Shown in pieces: positions 53,726-64,000 of a DNA stretch of 64,000 bases; position 1 is the first letter of the stretch, and each line of letters starts with the position of its first letter. The translations under genes and the position numbers were made by a program. Source of the DNA: the human T2T-CHM13v2.0 reference genome, Homo sapiens; assembly GCF_009914755.1 (NCBI RefSeq), contig NC_060945.1; one strand, written 5' to 3'. The notes below the pieces were generated by a model. It saw nothing but the letters and a program-made list of their open reading frames with translations. It searched no databases and had not been told where the DNA came from.

Positions 53726-54228
53726 AAGGGCACCGGCTTTGGAATTGTAAAGATATGAATTCAAATCCCAGTTCTTCTATTTGCTCATAGTATGAATTTT
53801 AACAAATTAGGTGACCTCTCTGCTTCTTGGATGCCTCAGCTATCACACAGAATATATCTAATGGGATATTTTGCAGGACTATTTTTCAGCGTTAAATTAA
53901 ACATGTCAAGCTTCTAACAGAATGCCTGACATATAGTAGTTGCCTTAAAAAAAAAAAAAAAAAAGTAGCTACTGCTATTAACTAGCCAACTTTCAACAGC
54001 TCCCCTTATACATAAAGTGGGCATGAAAGCAAATTAGAGCTGGATCCTACTAATGGGGGGCCAGGAACAGTAAATGTGTTTGGAAAGCCATAGGATTTGA
54101 GAGAGAAAATCTCACAGATGGCATGATCCAATTCTATCATTTTTTAGTTATAGAACAGAAGCTAAGTGTCAAAATTAGGCCATGCGGTCAATGAGAGACA
54201 GAACAGAACACAAATCCATGCTTGGCTA

Positions 54229-54926
54229 TGGTTATGGGTTGAATTGTATGTTCCAGAATAAGATATGTTGGAGTCCTACCCCCAGAAGCTCCAAATGGCC
54301 TTACTTAGTAGGATCTTTACAGAGGTCATCAAGTGAAAAGGAGGTCCTTCGTATCATTCTCATGCCTTTGCATTCTCATAGCTTAGTTCCCACTTATGAA
54401 TGAGAACATGCGATGTTTGGTTTTCCATTCCCCTGGGGGAAAGGGTGGGAGGGGGTTGAGGGATAAAGGACTACAAATTTAGTTCAGTGTATACTGCTCA
54501 GGTGATGGGCTCACCAAAATCTCACAAGTCACCCCCAAAGAACTTACTCTTGAAACTACATACCACCATTTCCCCAAAAACCTATGGAAATAAAAAAATA
54601 ACAAATAAATAAAAGGAGGTGCTCAGGAAGGGCTCTAATCCAATATGCCTGGTGTCTTTATCAAAAGGGGAAATTTGGACACAGAGACATGCACACAGGG
54701 AGGACACCCTGTGAAGACTGGAGTTACACTGCCACAGTCAAGGAATTCCAGCAGGTAGAAGAGAGGTCTGGAGTGGATCTTCCCCTGGCACCTTCACAGG
54801 GGACCTGGTCCTGCAGACACCTTGATCTCAGACTGCTGGCCTCCAGAAGTCTGAGCTAATACATTTCTGTGGTTTAGCCACTCTGGTTTTGGTATTTTGT
54901 TTAGGCAGCCTTAACAAACTAAAATA
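54229..54926 (+). mobile_element. MLT1B-like (MaLR) LTR, split by L1PB
   Basis: GTTATGGGTTGAATTGTATG...CTAATCCAATATGCCTGGTGTC...CACCTTGATCTCAGAC...GGCAGCCTTAACAAACTAA. Confidence 0.82.
54349..54610 (+). mobile_element. Short L1PB insertion with 5' inversion
   Basis: 54351-54431 is antisense L1PB (CTCATAGCTTAGTTCCCACTTATGAATGAGAACATGCGATGTTTGG); 54432-54610 is the sense L1PB 3' end with A tail; TSD AAAAGGAGGT (54336-54345 / 54611-54620). Confidence 0.87.
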
Positions 54927-55922
54927 ACTACTTCCCAGTCCACTAAGCCACCATACCAGTAGTTTTCCAATTCTGTTCCGTTGGCCCCTAGGGTCCCGGG
55001 TAGATGTTTAATAAGTGGCTCTCAGGAGAGGGTGTGGGAGACCTGATGTGCAGTTGCTGCCAATTTCCATGGTGTAAACACTCCCCCTATGGCCAATTTC
55101 AAGCTCCCAGTGTGTGGTCACTGAATGCAGAGCTGGGAATTGCTGCACACAGTCACTCTCATGACCAGGAGGAGACACCAGGAGGTACCTCAGGGATGGC
55201 ATGGGGTAAGGGGAGGACCAAAGAAGCAGGACGCCAGCATTGCCACCAGCCCAAACTAAGCACTGTATGTATGAGAGCAACACAACTGAAACTGTAAGCT
55301 CCACTGCAGTAGCCCATGACCATCAAAGCAACAAACCCACTTCCTTTTCAACCTGAAGTTTTTTGTATCTGTTACATGCCTAGACCTCTGGAACCCCAGG
55401 CCACTGTCTGTAAAGATCCAGCAGTTTTAGAGGTCACTCAGGGGCGCTTAGTGGAGGTCACCCTTCTCATCCCTGGCCTCTGTTTCTTGCTCATTAAAGA
55501 TCGTGCTGCTTTTCACTCACCTAGAGATGAATTTCAAAAAGAATGTCTTTCTTTCACATTCGGCAGGAGATCAAATTCCCCCTCCTCTCTCAAAAAACAC
55601 TCTTTAGGAAAAGAATTCCAGAAGAATCTACCCACAGATTCTGAGTCCTTAATCTAGCTATCCAGTGTGACACAGAACTCAGACACTGTGAGAAGGTTTT
55701 GCTTTTACTGGGCCTGTTCTCCAGGTCTGTGCTTTCTAATTATAAAGTTGATGTCTCAGTCCTTCTTTGATCAGTTCAACTAAGAGGACTTGGTGTTTAT
55801 GGCAATTGAATTGCTTCTTTGTCACGATGTCAGATTCGTCCCACCGTTCAACTACCTCTAACACACGAATTGTATCAACTAAGCGCATCAAACAGTAATG
55901 GTGAAAGGGAGAGGGACTAGTG

Positions 55923-56138
55923 CAGTGGCTCTCAACTGGGGGCAGTTTTTCCCCCCAGGAGACGTTTGGTGGTGTTTGGACACATTTTTGATGGTCACAG
56001 CCAGAGAAAGGGATGCTACTGGCATCTGGTACGTAGAGGCCAGGGTTGCTGCTACCTATTGTACAAGGCATAGAGCAGCCCCACAAGATAAAGAATTATC
56101 TAGTCTAACTATCAATAGTGAGAGGTTGAAAAACCCTA
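55923..56138 (+). mobile_element. MER20 hAT-Charlie MITE
   Basis: CAGTGGCTCTCAACTGGGGGCAG...GATGCTACTGGCATCTGGTACGTAGAGGCCAGG...GAGGTTGAAAAACCCT. Confidence 0.88.
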
Positions 56139-56751
56139 AATTCATGAAATGGGGAGCCCAGAACACATTGACTGGGATAGATTTGGTCATTGTCCTATCA
56201 CCGTACTAAGGTGCTGGCCAGTAAGACGGTCTAAAGATAGAGGCATATCTTATACATATGACACACGAAGAAGAACCTCTATACAACTAAATTATTTTCA
56301 ATAATAATTATGTAATAATAAGCAACAACCATTATTTTCTTTAATTTTGCAGCAATTTAAAAAGTTAAAAATACATTTCTATTTTAAAAATTTTATTCAA
56401 ATTCAAGAAAATACTTAATGTATGAACTAAACTTTGCACTTACCAAACAAAAACATTTTACCTTGCAGCTCTCATTGTTTTATTTTAAAATTCATGTTAA
56501 TCAATGGGGAAAAGATTCCCTATTTAATAAATGGTGCTGGGAGAATTGGCTAGCCATATGCAGAAAATTGAAACTGGATCCCTTCCTTACACCTTATACA
56601 CAAGTTAACTCAAGATGGATTAAAGACTTAAATGTAAAACCCAAAACTATAAAAACCCTAGAAGAAAATCTAGGCAATACCATTCAGGACATAGGCATGG
56701 GCAAAGATTTTTATAATGAAATTGCCAAAAGCAATTGCGACAAAAGCCAAA

Positions 56752-57678
56752 AGCCGCCCCGTCCGGGAGGGAGGTGGGGGGGTCAGCCCCCCGCCCGGCC
56801 AGCTGCCCCATCCGGGAGGTGAGGGGCGCCTCTGCCCGGCCGCCCCTACTGGGAAGTGAGGAGCCCCTCTGCCCGGCCAGCCGCCCCATCCGGGAGGGAG
56901 GTGGGGGGGTCAGCCCCCCACCCGGCCAGCCGCCCCGTCCGGGAGGTGAGGGGCGCCTCTGCCCGGCTGCCCCTACTGGGAAGTGAGGAGCCCCTCTGCC
57001 TGGCCAGCCGCCCAGTCCGGGAGGGAGGTGGGGGGGTCAGCCCCCCGCCCGGCCAGCCGCCCCGTCCGGGAGGTGAGGGGCGCCTCTGCCCGGCTGCCCC
57101 TACTGGGAAGTGAGGAGCCCCTCTGCCCGGCCACCACCCCGTCTGGGAGGTGTACCCAACAGCTCATTGAGAACGGGCCATGATGACAATGGCGGTTTTG
57201 TGGAATCGAAAGAGGGGAAAGGTGGGGAAAAGATTGAGAAATCGGATGGTTGCCGTGTCTGTGTAGAAAGAAGTAGACATGGGAGACTTTTTATTTTGTT
57301 CTGTACTAAGAAAAATTCTTCTGCCTTGGGATCCTGTTGATCTGTGACCTTACCCCCAACCCTGTGCTCTCTGAAACATGTGCTGTGTCCACTCAGGGTT
57401 AAATGGATTAAGGGCGGTGCAAGATGTGCTTTGTTAAACAGATGCTTGAAGGCAGCATGCTCGTTAAGAGTCATCACCACTCCCTAATCTTAAGTACCCA
57501 GGGACACAAACACTGCGGAAGGCCGCAGGGTCCTCTGCCTAGGAAAACCAGAGACCTTTGTTCACTTGTTTATCTGCTGACCTTCCCTTCACTATTGTCC
57601 TATGACCCTGCCAAATCCCCCTCTGCAAGAAACACCCAAAAATGATCAATAAAAAAATAAAAAAAATAAAAAAAAAAA
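56752..57678 (+). mobile_element. 5'-truncated SVA retrotransposon (SVA_D-like): VNTR 56752-~57150, SINE-R, poly-A
   Basis: Repeats GCCGCCCCGTCCGGGAGGGAGGTGGGGGGGTCAGCCCCC and CCTACTGGGAAGTGAGGAGCCCCTCTGCCCGGCC; SINE-R ending AAACACCCAAAAATGATCAATAAA; no hexamer or Alu-like 5' part. Confidence 0.97.
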
Positions 57679-58240
57679 TTGACAAATGTGGTCTAATTAA
57701 ACTAAAAAGCTTCTGCACAGTAAATGAAACTATCATCAGAGTGAACAGAAAACCTACAGAACAGAAGAAAATTTTTGCAATCTATCCATCTGACAAAGGT
57801 CTAATATCCAGAATCTACAAGAAACTTAAGAAAATTAACAAGAAAAAAAACCATTAAAAAGTAGACAAATGATATGGACAGACACTTCTCAAAAAAAAAA
57901 AAAAAGACAGACATGAGGCCAACAAACGTATGAAAAATAGCTCAACATCACTGATCATTAGAGAAATACAAATCAAAACCACAATGAGATGCCATCTCAC
58001 ACCAGTCAGAATGGCGATTATTAGAAAGTCAAGAAACAAAAGATGCTGGTGAGATTGTGGAGAAATAGGAATGCTTTTACACTGTTGGTGGGAATGTAAA
58101 TTAGAATCAACTATTGTGGAAGACAGTGTGGTGATTCCTCAAAGATCTGGAGGCAGAAATACCACTGGACCCAGCAATCTCCTCACTGGGTATATACCCA
58201 AAGGAATGTAAATCATTCTATTATAAAGATACATGTACAT

Positions 58241-58561
<321 letters not shown>

Positions 58562-61050
58562 TCATTGCAGCACTATTCACAAGAGCAAAGACATGGAATC
58601 AACCCAAATGCCCATCAATGATAGACTGGATAAAGAAAATGTGATACATATACACCACGGAATACTATGCAGACACAAAAAGGAATGAGATCATGTCCTT
58701 TGCAGGGATACAGTTAAAGCTGGAAGCCATTATCCTCAGCAAACTAATGCAGGAACAGAAAACCAAACACCACATGTTCTCACTTATAAGTGGGAGCTGA
58801 ACAATATGGACACAGGAAGGGGAACAACACACATTAGGGCCTGTCAGGGGAGAGTTGGGAGGGGAGAGCATTAGGGAAAAGAGCTAATGCATGCTGAGCT
58901 TAATACCTAGGTGATAGGTTGATAGGTGCAGCACACCACCATGGCACATCTTTACCTATGTAACAAACCTGCACATCCTGCACATGTACCCTAGAACTTT
59001 AAAAATATATATTATTTAAAAATGAAATAAGATAAAATTCATGTTAAATTTTAAACACAAAAACTCCAAATGTTCACACAGAATAACAGAATTAGAGTAA
59101 CTCGAGTCTTGTTTCTTCATCTTTACAATCACTGTGCTAATGTTGTTTGTTTGCAATCCACAGTTTAAAGGCAGGAATGTATACTACTATAGGTTTGGAG
59201 GCACAAACTAAACCCCAAGTGAGCTCAAATGGTTCTAAATATTTTTGAACTTCATTTCAAAAAGAACACTGAGTCCACAGATTGAGGGGCAGGGAGTGAA
59301 CTCCCTGTATAACCAAATTGTAATTGTAACTTCCATGTGAAATAGAGCTTATCTATGAGCCTTGGAGTAAAATACCACCATGTTCTCTATGTTCTAGTGG
59401 TCACCCAGGCCAGCTGCTTCGACGTGGATAGGGGCTACACAGGACATGAATATCATGAGAAGGTGAGGATCACTGAGGACCATCTTGGAGGCTGGCTACC
59501 ACATTTAAATTTCAAGATGGTCTTCAGTTTGGAATTCACTGTTGGTCATTAGTTTGCTTAGTGGAGACCTACTATGCGATACCAAGTGAAATCTTTGTTT
59601 CTCTGCTTTAATGGAGGGCATAGATAATGCACCAAGAGGACTTTCTTATTACAGCATTGGATATTTTCAATGCCTTGTTCATATTCCTGTTGCTTCACTC
59701 ATGGCCAGCCCTGTTCTCACAAGAGGCAAGCTGAGCTGCCAAGCTAGCCAAGCACGGTTATTATGAACAATATATTACGACCATCTTGGACAGCTCCAAT
59801 TAGCAAGAAATATGAGTAGTAACTGGTTCTGAATTGGAGCAAACACTTAGAGGGAAGCATTATTTTGATAAATGATCAAGATCTTTCAAACCTCAAATTC
59901 ACTGCCTGAAATAACTCAGTACCACGTTATGCCACGTCTGTTCCAGTTCAGTCACTCATTCACTCATTTCACCTTTCTCCCTTTGCATGCAGCATTTAGA
60001 AGCTCACAAATACTCACTGAATAAACAATACTAACAACAAGTAAAGGCTTGTAATAATTTGACAGTTTCATTCTAAATTTAGCATAGAAAAAAACATTAA
60101 ATACTAAAACATCCACTTAAAAATTATATAAGCTCAAAATTATATATCACTGTCATAAATGTTGATGAAGATTAAATAACATGAGGAAACAACTGTAACA
60201 AAGCAGAAAATAAAAATTGTTTTGACAGTATTTTTCAAACTGAAAAAAGCAGGGAGCCCTCTTAGCATAGCTGGCAGCATGTCAATCTCACAAACTGGAA
60301 AAAGCAGCTATTATAGAAAATATATTCTGGATAAATATATAATAAATTTACATATTAGTTGTGTTTTAATGTTAGAATGAAATTGATACATATTCCTTTT
60401 TCTACTTTTTTGAATTTCTATTTTCTCATAAAGTTTTCAGCAGTACAATTTTATGGGGCATGATCTTTAGTTAACAATGTACTATTATGTAATGCAAGAA
60501 GTAAAATAGCCTAGTAGAAAAGCATAGTAGAAAGAATGCTGGCCTAATGAGAAATCCTGGGAATAAGCACCTGCCATTGCTAATGAGCAGGATGACACCT
60601 CTTCACTTCTCAACCTCTTTATCTGTGAAAGATAAGAACAGGAAATACTACTCACTTTATGCCAGCGAAATACAAAAATTTATTAGGAGTAGATCTCATG
60701 TTTTCTTACTACAAAAACAAACAAACAAACAAAGAGACACCAGGAACCTTGGGAGGTGTGGGATATGTCTATTAATATGTCTATTACCTTAATTGTGGTG
60801 ATGAAATCATGGTGTTTGCATATGTCCAAACTCATCAAATTGTTTATATTAAACGAGTATGGTTTTTGCATATCAATATACCTCAATAAAACTGTTTTTT
60901 AAAAGGTATGAGACAGATTTCAGTGTTTCAGAGTTGCTACCTTTGTAAAAAGCAAGCTAAGAAAAATATAATTCCAAACACATTGACTTCTTTTATTGTT
61001 TAGCTGAAGAGATTATAGCCTGATCACTTCTGTTTAAAGATAAATGTTTT

Positions 61051-62942
61051 AAGCTGATAAACAACATCAGCAAAGTCTCAGGTACAAAATCAATGTGCAA
61101 AAATCACAAATATTCCTATACACCAATAATAGACAAACAGAGAGCCAAATCATGAGTGAACTCCCATTCAAAATTGCTGCAAAGAGAATAAAATACTTAG
61201 GAATACAACTTACAAGGGATGTGAAGGACCTCTTCAAGGAGAACTACAAATCACTGCTCAAGGAAATAAGAGAGGACACAAACAAATGGAAAAACATTCC
61301 ACGCTCATGGATAGAAAGAATCAATATCGTGAAAATGGCCATACCGCCCAAAGTAATTTATAGATTCAATGCTATCCCCATCAAGCTATCATTGACTTGC
61401 TTCACAGAATTGGAAAAAAACTGCTTTAAATTTCATATGGAACCAAAAAAGAGCCCATATAGCCAAGACAATCCTAAGCAAAAAGAACAAAGCTGGAGGC
61501 ATCATGCTACCTGACGTCAAACTATACTACAAGGTTACAGCAACCAAAACAGCATGGTACTGGTACCAAAACAGATACCTAGACCAATGGAACAGAACAG
61601 AGACCACAGAAAAAATGCTACACATCTACAACCAACTGATCTTTGACAAACCTGACAAAAACAAGCAGTGGGGAAAGGATTCCCTGTTTAATAAATGGTG
61701 TTGGGAAAACTGGCTAGCCATATGCAGCAAACTGACACTGGACCCCTTCCTTACACCTCATACAAAAATTAACTCAAGATGGATTAAAGACTTAAATGTA
61801 AGACCTAAAACCATAAAAACCCTAGAAGAAAATCTAGGCAATACCATTCAGGACATAGGCATGGGCAAAGACTTCATGACTAAAACACCAAAAGCAATGG
61901 CAACAAAAGCCAAAATTGACAATGGGATCTAATTAAACTAAAGAGCTTCTGCACAGCAAAAGAAACTATTATCAGAGTGAACAGGCAACTTACAGAATGG
62001 GAGAAAATTTTTGCAATCTATCCATCTGACAAAGGGCTAATATCCAGAATCTACAAGGATATTTAAATAAGTTTACAAGAAAAAAACAAACCACCCCATC
62101 AAAAAATGGTGAAGGATATGAACAGACACTTCTCAAAGGAAGATATCTATGCGGCCAACAAACATAAGAAAAAAAGTTCATCATCACTTGTCATTAGAGA
62201 AATGCAAATCAAAACCACAATGAGATGCCATCTCACGCCAGTTAGACTGGTGATCATTAAAAAGTCAGGAAACAACAGATGCTGGAGAGCATGTGAAGAA
62301 ACAGGAATGCTTTCACACTGCTGGTGGGAGTGTAAATTAGTTCAACCTTTGTGGAAGACAGTGTGGTGATTCCTCAAGGATCTAGAAGCAGAAATATCAT
62401 TTGACCCAGCAATCCCATTACTGGGTATATACCCAAAGGATTATAAATCATTCTACTATAAAGACACATGCACACGTATGTTTACTGCAGCACTATTCAC
62501 AATAGCAAAGACTTGGAACCAACCCAAATGGCCATCAATGATAGACTGGATAAAGAAAATGTGGCACATATACACCATAGAATACTATGCAGCCATAAAA
62601 AAAGAATGAGTTGATGTCCTTTGCAGGGACATGGATGAAGCTGGAAACCACCATTCTCAGCAAACTAACGCAGGAACAGAAAACCAAACACCACATGTTC
62701 TCACTCATAAGTGGGAGGTGAACAATGAGAACACATGGACACAGGGAGGGGAACATCACACACCAGGGCCTGTTGAGGGGTGGAGGAATAGGAGAGGGAT
62801 AGCATTAGGAGAAATACCTAATGTAGATGACGGGTTGATGGGTGCAGCAAACCACCATGGCCCATGTATACCTATGTAACAAACCTGCAAGTTCTGCACA
62901 TGTATCTCAGAACTTAAGGTATAATAAAAAATATATATATAT
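61051..62942 (+). mobile_element. 5'-truncated L1PA (about PA7), distal ORF2 and 3' UTR
   Basis: ORFs 61095-61514, 61504-61932 and 62106-62369 are frameshifted L1 ORF2p pieces; TSD ATAAATGTTTTA (61040 / 62943). Confidence 0.96.
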
Positions 62943-64000
62943 ATAAATGTTTTATTTAAGAGTATCATTCTGACCATCATGCCTCCCACCATGCCTACAC
63001 TAGCTCTGTCATATCTTGGTTTGTTAATGCATCAGACACCTCAGGTGATAGCCCATCACAGTCACCTACAGCTCAGGACCCAGGGGTGAACACCAAAATG
63101 GGCACCAGAATGTGTAGAGAAAGCTCCAGAAGAAGCAGGAACCCATGTCTCTTCCCATTTGATCTATTCTTGTTGTGTGTGTGTGTGTTCATGTATGTGC
63201 AAGTGTCTATGTGTGTGTTTCTCCCAAGTTACCTCAAGAAAACTTGATCACCAACGACTCCAGCAGGCTGGACTTCTTGCTACAGAGAAACAACTCTGGT
63301 GAGTAGGTTTTCTTTGTTTTCCTACAAGGAAAGACTAACGATGGCAGGGTTCAGGAATGTATCAATATAGGATGTCGTTGTTTAAAAAAGGAAAAAGAGT
63401 CGAAGGTTCTCTGTTTCAGGGAATGGAGGAATAACAAGATGAAAGCAATAGGAAAAATGAACTGGCACGAAAGAGTTGGCTCCAGGAACTTCTCCTATGC
63501 CTCTTCAACTCTAAAATCAGAAAGGTAAAACTGGAGAGCCACTGGAGCATGGAGGGTAGGTTTCCGAGCTGCACACTTAGAGCTGCACATGAGTTCCCCA
63601 AAAGAGTAAAGGTGGAGGCCTTAGAAGACACGGTGAGGACTCCAGGAGGGGAAGAAGAGGACGAACACTCAGGAACAAAAGCAGCAAAGGCAGTCATAGT
63701 TACAGATGCCAAAGAGGAAAAAAGGAGAACAAATTCCCATCAAAGCAGGAGGGTGTTTTGAGAAAGAATGGGTGGTCAACTGCGCTAAATGTTGGAAAGA
63801 GATTATGAGGAAGGCAAGAGGACAGAGACACAAAGCTTTTTCAGTAAGGTAGCCACTGGTGTCTTTGGGTGGCATATTTGTAATAGAATGGTGGGGACAA
63901 TCACCAATAATTACACCTCGCATTACCTCACCAGTAAGCAGAGGCCGCACATGAGGAGACAGACCAGCAAAACTAGGACAGAGAAAGCATATAGTAGGAA

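Noticed and set aside
57100-57480. 126-aa antisense ORF MVMTLNEHAAFKHLFNKAHL...
   Set aside because: Generic antisense SVA SINE-R reading frame; repeat-derived, no evidence of a gene
61095-62369. L1 ORF2-like ORFs as functional CDS
   Set aside because: 5'-truncated and frameshifted; no promoter, ORF1, endonuclease or complete RT

Overview
Primate (almost certainly human) nuclear, non-coding DNA. No intact protein-coding gene is supportable. The window is a retroelement-rich interval with Alu J/S/Y, 5'-truncated L1PA/PB/M, L2/MIR, MaLR and ERVL solo LTRs, hAT MITEs and one SVA. Its main landmarks are: (1) a ~3.3 kb processed pseudogene of PPP1R2 (protein phosphatase inhibitor-2; 45940-49283) whose 5' end retains a CpG island; (2) an old ~1.9 kb NUMT (partial COX1, WANCY tRNAs with OL, most of ND2; 49308-51198) starting ~25 bp after the pseudogene; (3) a 5'-truncated SVA and an AluY nested in one L1PA; (4) a near-pristine AluYa4/Ya5-type insertion; (5) two local duplications, a 224-bp tandem at 38075-38522 and a ~470-bp dispersed copy of an L2/L1MA junction (15233-15688 and 17820-18337). 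From memory, the PPP1R2 pseudogene + COX1/ND2 NUMT + SVA arrangement matches the PPP1R2P2 locus on human 21q22.12 between RUNX1 and SETD4; this is unverified. I found no convincing new multi-gene system. The best candidate for undescribed function is the retrocopy-derived orphan CpG island, a possible promoter. Subfamily calls are by eye and boundaries of old repeats are approximate.
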